DNA from: an uncultured virus (IMG/VR IMGVR_UViG_3300022939_000006)
Taxonomy: Duplodnaviria; Heunggongvirae; Uroviricota; Caudoviricetes
Virus record (IMG/VR): IMGVR_UViG_3300022939_000006
Direction: 5' to 3' (one strand)
Length of the DNA: 64,000 bases
In this document: positions 39,243 through 49,645 of the stretch, one piece after another
How the letters are laid out: each line of letters begins with the position of its first letter
Position numbering within the stretch: the stretch's first letter is position 1
Notes under the pieces: generated by a model
What the model was told of the DNA's origin: nothing
Databases searched by the model: none
Seen by the model: the letters and a program-made list of their open reading frames with translations, nothing else
Position numbers and translations under genes: made by a program

Positions 39243-40001
39243 ATGGCTACACTAGCAACAAAAAAACAAGAAGTATATGATTATGTTTACACCCTTTTAG
39301 GCGGTGGTATGGTTGATGTGGAGTTAGATCCTGCACATTACGAAACAGCATTAGACAAAGCACTATCAAGATTTAGACAAAGATCTGACAACTCAGTTGA
39401 AGAGTCTTATCTTTTTATGCCAACTGTAGAAGACCAGAATACATATGTTCTTCCACAAAACGTAATTGAAGTTAGAAGATTATTTAGACGTTCAATTGGT
39501 TCACGCACAGGTGGAGGCGACGGTGGTACTTTATTCGAACCATTTAATATGGCATACACAAATACATATTTGCTTAGTTCATCTAACATGGGCGGACTTG
39601 CTACATACGATTTGTTTAGTCAATATCAAGAATTAGTAGGTAGAATGTTTGGTTCTTTTATAGAATTCAAATGGAATACAACAACTAAAGAACTGACACT
39701 TTTACAAAGACCTAGAACAGAAGAAACACTTTTACTTTTTGCATATAACTATCGTCCAGATGAACAATTATTGGAAGATTATCTTGCAAAACAATGGATA
39801 AAAGATTATACACTTGCTACGTGTAAATACATGCTTGGTGAAGCACGTAGTAAATTTGCTACTATTGCTGGACCACAAGGTGGATCAGCACTTAATGGTG
39901 ATGCACTAAAAGCTGAAGCACAAGCTGAAATGGAAAAATTAGAAGCAGAAGTAAGCACAGCAATACCTGGTGGCATGGGATATGGATTCACAATAGGTTA
40001 A
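39243..40001 (+). CDS. gp13: Neck protein
   Basis: LGGGMVDVELD...WIKDY.LA..K..LGEARSKF....GPQGG..LNG..L...A..E...LE. SD GGAG at 39231. Confidence 0.8.
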   Translation: MATLATKKQEVYDYVYTLLGGGMVDVELDPAHYETALDKALSRFRQRSDNSVEESYLFMPTVEDQNTYVLPQNVIEVRRLFRRSIGSRTGGGDGGTLFEPFNMAYTNTYLLSSSNMGGLATYDLFSQYQELVGRMFGSFIEFKWNTTTKELTLLQRPRTEETLLLFAYNYRPDEQLLEDYLAKQWIKDYTLATCKYMLGEARSKFATIAGPQGGSALNGDALKAEAQAEMEKLEAEVSTAIPGGMGYGFTIG

Positions 40002-40008
40002 AAAACAC

Positions 40009-40037
40009 TTGACAAACTAATTTTTTTATTGTATATT
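40009..40037 (+). promoter_or_regulatory. Sigma70-type promoter (TTGACA-17-TATATT), leaderless
   Basis: ATG 40044 lies at the expected +1. Confidence 0.75.
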
Positions 40038-40043
40038 TTATAC

Positions 40044-40688
40044 ATGCAGTATGAAATTACACCCTTATTTTCCACACCTCTATTGAAAACACATCTAGGA
40101 GCACTTGATCCTATTACACTTGCTTGGATGAAAAAATTAGATTATCCTAGTTCAGCTGTAGCATCTTATTCCGGAGAAGAAGAATTACCTCTAACTGAGA
40201 GAGGATTTAATGTTTTAAATCAACCTAAACTACAAGGATTAAAAACACTTATTGAACAAGCAGTTCATTATTTTGCACACACAGTATTAGATGTTGTTGA
40301 TGATGTAGACTTTACATTAACAACAAGTTGGATTAATAAAATGAATACAGGTAGTGATATTGTATTACACAATCATGCAAATGCAGTTATAAGTGGAGTG
40401 TATTATCCAGATGTAGGTCCAACTTCTAATCCACTAACTTTTAAAAAAAATAGACAACATTTAAATAGTTTTCCAGAACATGTACGTCCGGATACTAAAG
40501 GTAATTATAATCAATATACTATAGGTGCATGGACAGTACAGCCTATTACAGGTGATTGTTTAATATTTCCTAGTCACTTAGAACATGAAGTTGCACAAAG
40601 TTTAGATAAACAAGATAGATACAGTTTGGCATTTAATTATTTTCCAAAAGGATCGTTAGGACAAAATTCAGTAAGAGTAAACATATGA
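40044..40688 (+). CDS. Putative 2OG-Fe(II) oxygenase (TIGR02466-like)
   Basis: PLFSTP, SWIN, HNHANAVISGVYY, LIFPSHLEHEV, RYSLAFN. Confidence 0.8.
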   Translation: MQYEITPLFSTPLLKTHLGALDPITLAWMKKLDYPSSAVASYSGEEELPLTERGFNVLNQPKLQGLKTLIEQAVHYFAHTVLDVVDDVDFTLTTSWINKMNTGSDIVLHNHANAVISGVYYPDVGPTSNPLTFKKNRQHLNSFPEHVRPDTKGNYNQYTIGAWTVQPITGDCLIFPSHLEHEVAQSLDKQDRYSLAFNYFPKGSLGQNSVRVNI

Positions 40689-41293
40689 CAGTAACATCTT
40701 TATTTCCGATACCATTATACTACTCAAATATAGGTGTAGTTAATGATATGACTAAACAATGGGTCTACAAACTAGATTATCCACATGAAGCGGCAGGCCA
40801 CGATCATACAGGTAATAAAAAAATATTAGATGAAGTGCCTCTAAAAAACTTAAAAGAAAAAATTATTGATAGCTGTAATAAATTCATTACAGAAGAATTA
40901 AAAGTATCCGACGTTACTTTTGAATTACAAAACAGTTGGATTAACAGACATGATAAAGGTGAATATAATACTACTCATTGGCATAGTAATTCAATGTTAA
41001 GCGGTGTTTATTATATACAAAATGCGCCAGGCGCAGGCGATATAGTATTTCAAAAATCTCATTTATATTACAATTTATTTCATGATACTGTAAGAGTAAA
41101 TTTTAAAGAGCCTAATGCATTTAACACAAATGAATTTTATATAACACCAAACGAAGGAGACATTGTGATTTTTCCAAGTCATTTAGAACATATGGTAACG
41201 CCAAACGAAACTGATATCCCTAGATACAGTTTGGCGTTTAATTTATTTGCTAGAGGTACCGTAGGCGGCGGAACATCGGAGTTAACTGTATGA
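40685..41293 (+). CDS. Putative 2OG-Fe(II) oxygenase (TIGR02466-like), tandem paralog
   Basis: SWIN, HWHSNSMLSGVYY, IFPSHLEHMV, RYSLAFN. Confidence 0.8.
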   Translation: MTVTSLFPIPLYYSNIGVVNDMTKQWVYKLDYPHEAAGHDHTGNKKILDEVPLKNLKEKIIDSCNKFITEELKVSDVTFELQNSWINRHDKGEYNTTHWHSNSMLSGVYYIQNAPGAGDIVFQKSHLYYNLFHDTVRVNFKEPNAFNTNEFYITPNEGDIVIFPSHLEHMVTPNETDIPRYSLAFNLFARGTVGGGTSELTV

Positions 41294-41907
41294 GGCAAGT
41301 AATAGGTATTTGTGGATTGATCAGTAGTGGTAAAGGTACTGTTGCTGATATTTTAGTAAATGAACACAATTTTACAAAAATTAGTTTTGCTGACAAGCTC
41401 AAAGACGGTGTAGCAAGCGTATTTGGTTGGGACAGACAAATGCTAGAAGGCGACACAGAAGAAAGTAGACAATGGAGAGAAACTGTTGATAGTTTTTGGA
41501 CTAAAGAAACTGGTAGAACTGTTACGCCAAGATTAATACTACAAGAATTTGGCACAGAATGTATGCGTAAAGGTTTTTATGACGGTATATGGGTAAGTGT
41601 AATCAAACAAGAAATAGTTAGAAATCCAGATACAAATTTTGTTATTCCGGATGTGCGTTTTCCTAATGAAGCAAATATGCTTAAAACCATATATGGAGAA
41701 GTTTGGCGTGTACGTAGAGGTCCTGATCCTGTATGGTTTAGAATGTACCAAGATATAGGGGTGGAACCGAAAGAAATACACGAATCAGAATGGCGCTGGG
41801 CTAATGTTGCATTCAATGAAGTTATTGAAAACCAAGGAACTATTGAACAACTTAAAAGTCAGGTAAAAGGTCGCCTTGTTTCCAACGGATCCCTTGTTTC
41901 TGCATAA
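41290..41907 (+). CDS. gp1: Deoxynucleoside monophosphate kinase
   Basis: GICGLISSGKGT P-loop, SFADKLK, TPRLILQEFGTE, IPDVRFPNE, HESE. Confidence 0.85.
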   Translation: MRQVIGICGLISSGKGTVADILVNEHNFTKISFADKLKDGVASVFGWDRQMLEGDTEESRQWRETVDSFWTKETGRTVTPRLILQEFGTECMRKGFYDGIWVSVIKQEIVRNPDTNFVIPDVRFPNEANMLKTIYGEVWRVRRGPDPVWFRMYQDIGVEPKEIHESEWRWANVAFNEVIENQGTIEQLKSQVKGRLVSNGSLVSA

Positions 41908-42190
41908 GTCTTTGACAGTTAGCACATATTGTTTTTAGATTCATAGGCAAGCAATTATTTAGATCACCATCTATGTGAAACACATTAAACTGCTCTTTGT
42001 GCTTACTTTTAAAATTGCATTTTTCACATACATCCTTTTTTACATAGCCGGCCATTTTCCATTTAGGAATACCGTACCCTACGTGTCCATGCTTCAAACA
42101 AATTTCACACTTTTTTCTATAAAAGGTTCTGCCATTCTTTTTATAATTAATTGCCGCAGGTCTTTGTTTGCATATACATAATGGTCTCAT
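41852..42190 (-). CDS. Zn-finger/HNH-like protein
   Basis: CxC and CxxC pairs. HIDGDLNNC...NLKTICANCQ is a degenerate HNH motif. Confidence 0.65.
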   Translation of the reverse strand: MRPLCICKQRPAAINYKKNGRTFYRKKCEICLKHGHVGYGIPKWKMAGYVKKDVCEKCNFKSKHKEQFNVFHIDGDLNNCLPMNLKTICANCQRLMQKQGIRWKQGDLLPDF

Positions 42191-42257
42191 AACGTATTTA
42201 CCACACCTTTATAACCCCTTTTTCTGGGTGTATTTTAGGTAATCTTTATCGAATTCA

Positions 42258-42265
42258 TATAAATA
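42258..42265 (+). promoter_or_regulatory. Canonical T4 late promoter TATAAATA
   Basis: Exact match upstream of SD AAGGAG of the tail sheath gene. Confidence 0.8.
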
Positions 42266-42298
42266 CATTAGAACACTTTATTTGAAGGAGAAACTATC

Positions 42299-45200
42299 AT
42301 GGCATTATCATCACCAGGTGTTGAGGTTAAGGTAATTGACGAAAGTTTTTACACGCCAGCCGAACCCGGCACCGTACCAATGATTTTTGTCGCAACAGCC
42401 CAAGATAAACAAAATGGGTCAGCTACAGGCACAGCGCCTGGAACTACAGCGGCAAATGCAGGTAAACCCTACCTGATTACATCACAAAGGGATTTAGTAG
42501 AAACATTCGGAGAGCCTTTATTCTATACAGATAGCAACAACAATCCAATACATGGAGGTGAGCTAAATGAGTATGGTCTACAAGCGGCTTATTCATTATT
42601 AGGCGTAAGCAATAGAGCATACGTTGTAAGAGCAGGAATTGACTTAGGTGGCATTACAGCTACAGCAGATGCACCGACAAGCGATCCAGCAGATGGAACA
42701 TATTGGGTAGATACAGCATCTACAATTTATGGTTTATTTGAGTGGAACGGCGCGGCAGGTTCAACAGCAACTGGTCAAAGTTTTGTTTACAATGCACCTA
42801 TTGTTATTACAGATGCAACAAAATTAGACGGCGGAGTACCAAAAACATCAGTAGGTGCTATTGGTGACTACGCAATCACAGCAACAACTACACTACAAAA
42901 AATGTATTACAAAAATTTAAGTGGTGCATGGGTAGAGGTTGGAAGTTCAGCATGGAAAGCAAGCTGGCCAACAGTGTCAGGTTCAACTGCACCATCAACA
43001 ACTTCAGGCTTTGATATGACAATTAACGGCTCAACAGTTACAACAGCCGGTACAGATGCAACAGCGGCGGCGGCGGCAATTAATAGTGCGGCCATTGCAG
43101 GAGTTACAGCAGACGTAGATACAGCAAACGATATTTTGAGAATATACTCAACAGGCGCAAACCTAGTGCTTGCAGAAGGAACAGGTCTTATGGGAGACAT
43201 GGGCTTAACAGCAGGAACTTACTACGCACCTGAGTTGAATATTGCCCCTCATACAAGTGTTCCTGAGTTTGGTGAAAACGATGCTACTCCACGTCCAACT
43301 GGATCTGTTTGGGTAAAAACAACAACACCTAACAAAGGTGCTAATTGGGCAATTAAAGTTTGGAATGATGCAACTAAATTATGGGATACAAAAAGTGTTT
43401 CGATTTTTGCAGACAACCAAACTGCTATCTACAACTTAGATAAGTCCGGTGGTGGATTGAATCTTAACTCAGACGCATTATTTGTAAAATTTAATGATGC
43501 AGAAGAATCAACACTAGTAGCAAACTTTAAAGTATACAAAAGAAATGCTACAGGAGCAACTACAATTACTGGTAGCGCAGTTACTACACAAGTTTCAGCT
43601 GGTGGAGTAACATTTAGCATCCAAGAATCAATTGTAGGTAGTGCAAGTTTAAACAGTGCAGTGGCTATTAGTGCTACAGCAACTGGTGCGGCAACTGATG
43701 CAGATGTAATTGCAGGTGCTATTAACAGTGCTGGCTTTACAAATGTTTCTGCAAGCGTTGACACTGCAAACAGAATTGTAATTTCACACAGCAAAGGTGG
43801 CGAATTTAGAATTGCTGACACAAGTGGACATTTAGCAGAGGCTGGATTTAGCACAAGTGATACAACAAATCTTTACGCGGCGCCAGCAGGTGATACAACT
43901 AACGATTTTGTAGCAACAAACTGGAAAGTACTTACTGCGACTAACAGTGCAAATGCACCAACTGCACTTGCAACTGACGGCACATTATGGTATAATTCAG
44001 TAGTTGATGAAGTTGATATCATGGTACACAATGGAACAACTTGGGTAGGTTATTTAGATTCTACAAGTCCGTTCTATAGTGCAAGTGCTAACGATCAAAC
44101 TGATCCAGCAGGACCGATTGTAAGTGCAACAGAACCAACTTTACAATCAGATGGTACAGCTCTTAAAAATGGAGATTTATGGATAAGCACAGCAAGCATT
44201 GACAAATATCCAGAAATTTACAAATGGAGCGGTGCTAAATCACAATGGATCCAGTTAGATACAGGTGATCAAACTACTCAAGATGGTATCTTATTTGCAG
44301 ATGCACGTTGGAGCACAGCAGGTGCAAACAGCGCAGAAGCAACTATTGCTGACTTGTTAGTTAATAACTACTTAGACTTTGATGCTCCAGATCCTGCATT
44401 ATATCCAAAAGGTATGTTACTATGGAACTTACGTAGAAGCGGATTTAACGTAAAGAAATTTGTACGTAATTACATTGATGTAACAGCAGACAATGGACGT
44501 TTTGAAGTTAACAACGCAGACGAGCCTATGACAAATTACTATCCACACAGATGGGTAACTGAATCAGCAAATAATTCAAACGGTTCAGGACGTTTTGGTC
44601 AATCTGCACAAAGAGCTGTAGTTGTTCAAAGTTTACAAGCAACTGTAAACAGTAATGATGAAATACGTGATGACGAATCGCGCATATTTAACATTATGGC
44701 AACTCCAGGTTATCCAGAACTAATTGGTGAAATGATTTCACTAAATTACGATAGAGGTTTAACAGCATTTATCGTAGGTGACTCACCAAGTTCACTACTA
44801 CCAAATGCAACGTCATTAAACGAATGGGGAACAAATGTTAACCTTGCAGTTGAAGATAATGCAGATGGATTAGTAAGTAGAGATGAATATCTAGGCGTTT
44901 ACTATCCATGGGGTTTCACAAGTGATAACTTTGGTAACAACGTTGTTGTTCCACCGTCACACATGATGCTACGTACTATCGCACTTAGCGACCAAGTATC
45001 GTTTCCATGGTTTGCACCAGCAGGTACAAGACGTGGTGGTATTACAAACGCAACAGCAACAGGTTACATTGATAACGAAGGCGAATTTGTATCAGTAGCG
45101 TTGAACGAAGGACAACGTGATACACTATTTGGAATTAGTGTTAACCCAATTACATTCATTACAGGAGCAGGACTTGTTGCATTTGGTCAAAAGACTAGAG

Positions 45201-45538
45201 CAAGAAATGCAAGTGCATTGGATAGAATTAATGTTGCTAGATTGGTTATCTACTTACGTAGTCAGCTTAACAAACTTGCTAAGCCTTATATCTTTGAGCC
45301 AAATGATAAAATCACACGTGATGAAATTAAACAAGCGGCTGAAAGTTTAATGCTTGAACTAGTAGGTTCGAGAGCACTATACGATTACATTGTAGTATGT
45401 GACGAAACAAACAACACACCAGCTAGAATTGATAGAAATGAACTATACTTAGACATTGCTATTGAGCCAGTGAAAGCAGTGGAATTTATTTACATTCCAT
45501 TGAGATTGAAAAACACAGGAGAAATAGCAGGTTTATAA
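42299..45538 (+). CDS. gp18: Tail sheath protein (enlarged, 1079 aa)
   Basis: LSSPGVEVKVIDES start. YYPW, VPPS, PWFAPAG.RRG, FGQKT, LDRINVARL, FEPND..TR, VVCDETNN, IEPVKAVEFIYI. Confidence 0.95.
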   Translation: MALSSPGVEVKVIDESFYTPAEPGTVPMIFVATAQDKQNGSATGTAPGTTAANAGKPYLITSQRDLVETFGEPLFYTDSNNNPIHGGELNEYGLQAAYSLLGVSNRAYVVRAGIDLGGITATADAPTSDPADGTYWVDTASTIYGLFEWNGAAGSTATGQSFVYNAPIVITDATKLDGGVPKTSVGAIGDYAITATTTLQKMYYKNLSGAWVEVGSSAWKASWPTVSGSTAPSTTSGFDMTINGSTVTTAGTDATAAAAAINSAAIAGVTADVDTANDILRIYSTGANLVLAEGTGLMGDMGLTAGTYYAPELNIAPHTSVPEFGENDATPRPTGSVWVKTTTPNKGANWAIKVWNDATKLWDTKSVSIFADNQTAIYNLDKSGGGLNLNSDALFVKFNDAEESTLVANFKVYKRNATGATTITGSAVTTQVSAGGVTFSIQESIVGSASLNSAVAISATATGAATDADVIAGAINSAGFTNVSASVDTANRIVISHSKGGEFRIADTSGHLAEAGFSTSDTTNLYAAPAGDTTNDFVATNWKVLTATNSANAPTALATDGTLWYNSVVDEVDIMVHNGTTWVGYLDSTSPFYSASANDQTDPAGPIVSATEPTLQSDGTALKNGDLWISTASIDKYPEIYKWSGAKSQWIQLDTGDQTTQDGILFADARWSTAGANSAEATIADLLVNNYLDFDAPDPALYPKGMLLWNLRRSGFNVKKFVRNYIDVTADNGRFEVNNADEPMTNYYPHRWVTESANNSNGSGRFGQSAQRAVVVQSLQATVNSNDEIRDDESRIFNIMATPGYPELIGEMISLNYDRGLTAFIVGDSPSSLLPNATSLNEWGTNVNLAVEDNADGLVSRDEYLGVYYPWGFTSDNFGNNVVVPPSHMMLRTIALSDQVSFPWFAPAGTRRGGITNATATGYIDNEGEFVSVALNEGQRDTLFGISVNPITFITGAGLVAFGQKTRARNASALDRINVARLVIYLRSQLNKLAKPYIFEPNDKITRDEIKQAAESLMLELVGSRALYDYIVVCDETNNTPARIDRNELYLDIAIEPVKAVEFIYIPLRLKNTGEIAGL

Positions 45539-45544
45539 TTTAAA

Positions 45545-45572
45545 AATGAGCCCTTGAAATACAGGGCTCATT
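45545..45572 (+). terminator. 10-bp hairpin after the sheath gene
   Basis: AATGAGCCCT/AGGGCTCATT with a weak plus-strand U-tail. GATAAATA follows at 45577. Confidence 0.55.
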
Positions 45573-45604
45573 AAATGATAAATACTTGTAAGGAGTAAAA
45601 CATT

Positions 45605-46237
45605 ATGGCAATATCAACACTCTCAAAGATTACAGTACCACTAGCAAGCGATAATAGCGCAAGCACTCAAGGCTTATTAATGCCTAAATTGCAGTATCGC
45701 TTTAGAGTGACACTTGAGAATTTCGGTGTATCAACACCAACAACAGAACTAACAAAACAGGTAATTGATGTAACACGCCCAAGTGTAACATTCGAAGAAA
45801 TGGAAATACCTGTTTACAACAGTAGAGCATACCTAGCTGGTAGACACAGCTTTGAGCCTATTACACTAAACTTACGTGAAGATGTAAACAACAGTGTACA
45901 AAGACTAGTTGGCGAACAGTTACAGAAACAGTTCGACTTCTTTGAACAGTCTGGTGCGGCATCAGGTATTGACTACAAATTTTTAACAAGAATTGAAATA
46001 CTAGATGGCGGTAACGGAGCAAATACTCCAAACACACTAGAAACATTTGAACTATATGGTTGTTTTGTACAAAATGCTAATTACAACTCATTAGCTTACA
46101 GTGCAAACGAACCAGTAACAGTAACACTAAGCATACGCTTTGACAATGCTATACAGACACCACAAGGTGAAGGAATTGGTACAGCAGTTGGTAGAACTAT
46201 TAATAGCTTAGTAACTGGTGGCGGCGGTATTGGTTAA
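45605..46237 (+). CDS. gp19: Tail tube protein
   Basis: Follows the sheath. PKLQYRFRV...RP.V.FEE..I...YLAGR..FEPITL...FELYGCF...L.Y...V.LSIRFD. Confidence 0.85.
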   Translation: MAISTLSKITVPLASDNSASTQGLLMPKLQYRFRVTLENFGVSTPTTELTKQVIDVTRPSVTFEEMEIPVYNSRAYLAGRHSFEPITLNLREDVNNSVQRLVGEQLQKQFDFFEQSGAASGIDYKFLTRIEILDGGNGANTPNTLETFELYGCFVQNANYNSLAYSANEPVTVTLSIRFDNAIQTPQGEGIGTAVGRTINSLVTGGGGIG

Positions 46238-46262
46238 TACCTAAGTCAATTGCCATAATTAC

Positions 46263-46292
46263 AAAAAGGGGTCTTTTTAAGGCCCCTTTTTT
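46263..46292 (+). terminator. Rho-independent terminator
   Basis: AAAAAGGGGTCT/AGGCCCCTTTTT stem with U-tract. Confidence 0.8.
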
Positions 46293-46330
46293 ATTTTATA
46301 CGTACTTTTCTTTCATGGATAAATATTAGT

Positions 46331-47740
46331 ATGGCAAACTTTTTAAATGGATTTTTAGATAATTTATTCAAGGGTGCTCTTAATCCAGGAGGCACTTTTA
46401 AAGATTATCAACACGCGGCAAGGTTGTTTTCTGATAACGGTTTTCGTCTTGCACCTAAAGCAAAATTTCTCTATCATGTTGTTTTTGAATTAACTGAAGA
46501 AGCAAGAAATACTGTTCCTCAATTAGATCAAAGGCATAAACAAGAAATAAACATGCTTGTAAAACAAGCAGATCTTCCCAAATTTAGTGTACAAACACAA
46601 ACAAAAAATATGTACAATAGGAAGAAAAATTTACAAACTAGTTTAGAATATGATCCTATTAATATAACATTCCACGATGATAACTTAGGTCTTACTACAC
46701 TTCTATTAGAATCTTATTATAGATATTATTTTAGAGATGGAAATTATAATACAGAAGGAGTGAGTCCTCCTTATTCTCCGAGAAATACATACGGAAAACC
46801 AGAAGAACAAAATTACAGATATGGTTTAGATAACAATCATAAAAGTCCATTTTTTGATAAAATTACAATATATCAATTATCACGAAAAGAATATACTGCA
46901 TATACTCTTGTAAATCCACTTGTTACAGGATTAACTCATGACAGTGTAGATGCGTATGAAAGCGCAGGCTTAATGCAAAACCAAATGACGGTTGCTTACG
47001 AAGCTGTATTCTATAGCAGAGGACCAGTAGGTGAAGATAGTCCAAAAGGATTTGCTACTGTACATTATGATAAAACTCCTAGTCCATTAAGCATACAAGG
47101 CGGCGGAACATCTAGCTTATTAGGTCAAGGAGGTGTCTTTGGTGGCTTGACAACAGTATTAAATGATATTGCAGGCGGGCAATTTAATCTAGGCACAGCA
47201 TTAACAGCATTTAATACCTACAAAAATGCAAAAAGTTTATCTAAAGAAGGTTTGCGAGAAGAAGGATTTAATATATTGAAAGGTGCTCTTGGAGATATTA
47301 GAAAAGAAGGCATAGGTGGCATACCTGGTGTAAATGTTCCTAAGCAAAATGGTGCAGGCGGATACAATGATCCTGTGCTAACTAATGGTGGCATTGTTGA
47401 TACACGCTCTAGTTTGTATAGTAGCAAAATAAATGAAAGTTATTCAAACAACGGATTAACATATAGTCCAGGTGATCTTGCTATACCAAGTATAAAATCT
47501 GAACCGTTAGTACCCGGCACAGGACAAACATTAGACGAAATTTTAGCAAGTCCACCAACAGTAAGTAGCAGTTCGGTCACAAGAAGTAGCAGTAGTAGCT
47601 CACAAACAGTAACTACAACAGGTGGAGGAGTTACTACACGTACTGGAGTACAACGAACACCTTTGAGAGAACAAATAGCAAATAGAAAAGCGGCAAGAGC
47701 AGAACGCCGTGCATTAAGAAACCAAGTAGGGGACTTTTAA
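46331..47740 (+). CDS. Tail-tube-like baseplate/tube initiator protein (gp54-like)
   Basis: LVKQADLPKF...YNRK...YDPINITFHDD...MTVAYE tube-family pattern. Low-complexity C-terminal tail. GATAAATA at 46318. Confidence 0.55.
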   Translation: MANFLNGFLDNLFKGALNPGGTFKDYQHAARLFSDNGFRLAPKAKFLYHVVFELTEEARNTVPQLDQRHKQEINMLVKQADLPKFSVQTQTKNMYNRKKNLQTSLEYDPINITFHDDNLGLTTLLLESYYRYYFRDGNYNTEGVSPPYSPRNTYGKPEEQNYRYGLDNNHKSPFFDKITIYQLSRKEYTAYTLVNPLVTGLTHDSVDAYESAGLMQNQMTVAYEAVFYSRGPVGEDSPKGFATVHYDKTPSPLSIQGGGTSSLLGQGGVFGGLTTVLNDIAGGQFNLGTALTAFNTYKNAKSLSKEGLREEGFNILKGALGDIRKEGIGGIPGVNVPKQNGAGGYNDPVLTNGGIVDTRSSLYSSKINESYSNNGLTYSPGDLAIPSIKSEPLVPGTGQTLDEILASPPTVSSSSVTRSSSSSSQTVTTTGGGVTTRTGVQRTPLREQIANRKAARAERRALRNQVGDF

Positions 47741-48099
47741 TGAGTGATTATAAATTAGAACCTGTAGATAGTGGCTCTGTTGTAAAAGAATTTTTTAACA
47801 AATATTTTTCTGAACCAATTACATACAACGCAAACACAGTAGACAGTGTAGTAGGATTTTTTAAAAGACGTGGGTTCGATGATACAAGTGCAACAGGAGT
47901 TGCGACAGTGTTGTTAGAACAAGCAAAAATAGATGGTGTAAATGTTTATACATTGTTAGACACATTAAAAGGTGTAGATGACATTCAAATTAGTGCTATT
48001 GTTGCACAAGTTTTAAATTACAATAGACAAAAAGTAAGTTCTTTAGGTTTTACATCAGATAAAATTGCAAGAGAAGAATCAAGAAATATAGTGGTATGA
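47740..48099 (+). CDS. Hypothetical protein
   Basis: 119-aa ORF translationally coupled (TAATG) to the upstream gene. Confidence 0.6.
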   Translation: MSDYKLEPVDSGSVVKEFFNKYFSEPITYNANTVDSVVGFFKRRGFDDTSATGVATVLLEQAKIDGVNVYTLLDTLKGVDDIQISAIVAQVLNYNRQKVSSLGFTSDKIAREESRNIVV

Positions 48100-48100
48100 T

Positions 48101-48535
48101 ATGCCTAGATTTGCTCAAGGAAAATTTGGTCTAAAAAACCCAGCAAAGTATATTGGAGGCAGAACACCGACTTACAGATCAAGTTGGGAATTTGCTTTTA
48201 TGAAATTCCTAGATGAACATCCTAGTGTAGCAAAGTGGGCAAGCGAAGCTATAAAAATTCCATATAGGAATCCACTAACAGGTAAACACACAATTTATGT
48301 ACCAGATTTTTTTATAGTATATGCAGATAAAAGAAGTAAACAGCATGTAGAATTAATAGAAGTAAAACCTGCAAATCAAGCTATAAGAGAAAAGGTAGGA
48401 CGTAGTAAGATTAATCAAGCACATTTTATTGTTAACCAAGCAAAATGGGAAGCCGCAAGGGCCTACTGTAAACAAAAAGGCATTTTCTTTAGGGTTATTA
48501 GTGAAAATGATATTTTCCATAACGGTAAACGATAA
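48101..48535 (+). CDS. gp4: Head completion nuclease (TnsA-like)
   Basis: NPAKY.G...YRSSWE..FM...D..P.V..WASE...IPY...YVPDF...IEVKP...NQAKWEAA...F.VISE. Confidence 0.85.
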   Translation: MPRFAQGKFGLKNPAKYIGGRTPTYRSSWEFAFMKFLDEHPSVAKWASEAIKIPYRNPLTGKHTIYVPDFFIVYADKRSKQHVELIEVKPANQAIREKVGRSKINQAHFIVNQAKWEAARAYCKQKGIFFRVISENDIFHNGKR

Positions 48536-48565
48536 ATAATAGTAGCATATAATACTGGAAAGACT

Positions 48566-49063
48566 ATGACAAAAAAACTACAAGACCTACTTGATTTACC
48601 AGATTCTAAAGAAATAATTCAAAACGAATTAGAAGATGATATAAAATCTAAATCAGTTATAGAACAAAAAGATACATTGCGTGATATTTCTGAACTTGAT
48701 AAGATTGAAGCGGCATTACCTACTGTAAAAGGATTAGGTGAAATGGCAGATGCTGAACTTAATGATGTTGCACAGAGAGCATTACAAAGTTATGAAGACT
48801 TAATGGATTTAGGAATGAATGTTGAAAGTCGTTATAGTGGCAGAGTGTTTGAGGTAGCAGGAGGTATGCTGAAAACGTCTCTTGATGCTAAGGTAGCAAA
48901 ATTAGATAAAAAACTAAAAATGGTAGAGCTTCAACTTAAAAAAGAAAAACTAGATCAAGATAAACCTATTGAAGAAGCAGGTATTATTAGCGGAACAGGC
49001 GCTATTGTAGCTGATAGGAATAGCCTACTACAACGTTTAAAAGATCTAGATAAAGATAAATAG
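48566..49063 (+). CDS. Hypothetical helical protein, possibly terminase small subunit
   Basis: Coiled-coil with R.FEVAG.M...LLQRLK, upstream of gp17. GATAAATA at 48531. The function is an inference. Confidence 0.45.
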   Translation: MTKKLQDLLDLPDSKEIIQNELEDDIKSKSVIEQKDTLRDISELDKIEAALPTVKGLGEMADAELNDVAQRALQSYEDLMDLGMNVESRYSGRVFEVAGGMLKTSLDAKVAKLDKKLKMVELQLKKEKLDQDKPIEEAGIISGTGAIVADRNSLLQRLKDLDKDK

Positions 49064-49080
49064 TATTAGAGGTATTAAAC

Positions 49081-49644
49081 ATGAAGACATTTACAGAAGT
49101 ACTTACAGAATCAAAAAAAACCTATGAATTTAAAGTAGGTGTTGCAGGTGAACTAGGTGAAAATTTTACTGATGCACTAGAAACTTGTATGAAAAAATAT
49201 CAAGTTGTATCTATGTCAAACGGCAAAAAGACACCAATACAAGAACGTCCATTAGATTTCCCCCAGCTAGAAAATATGGAAGTAACGTATTGGGACGTAG
49301 AAGTTGCATATCCAACAACACCGCAAGTGTTAGAAGAATACATTGAAAAATGTTGCCCATGTGACCCTAATCATGTAATTGTACGTACAGCAAATGCACC
49401 TCAAGAAGAATACCAAGTGCCTAAGTCAGGCGAGCCATACCAGTCAAAATTAGATACATTAGAAATGGAACAGGCAGAACCAGATGCACAGAAAAAAGTA
49501 GCTGGAGACAGAGTTATGGATCTATTAAAAGAATTAGAAACAGCTCGCAAAGAAAGAAATGTCGATCCTATGGAAGCCGCTCCTAAAGGCGAAAGTGCAG
49601 ACATAGATGATAAAATAAACACAAAAGCAGTTGTAGGAGGCTAA
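49081..49644 (+). CDS. Hypothetical protein with T4 capsid-targeting-like N-terminus
   Basis: MKTFTEVLTE resembles the T4 IPIII CTS MKTYQEFIAE. GATAAATA at 49055. Confidence 0.55.
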   Translation: MKTFTEVLTESKKTYEFKVGVAGELGENFTDALETCMKKYQVVSMSNGKKTPIQERPLDFPQLENMEVTYWDVEVAYPTTPQVLEEYIEKCCPCDPNHVIVRTANAPQEEYQVPKSGEPYQSKLDTLEMEQAEPDAQKKVAGDRVMDLLKELETARKERNVDPMEAAPKGESADIDDKINTKAVVGG

Positions 49645-49645
49645 T

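Noticed and set aside
41852..42190. Mobile homing endonuclease
   Set aside because: The HNH motif is degenerate, the protein is short, and there is no intron or insertion context.
48101..48535. Tn7 TnsA transposase
   Set aside because: The motifs and context fit the gp4 head completion protein. No tnsB/C or transposon ends.
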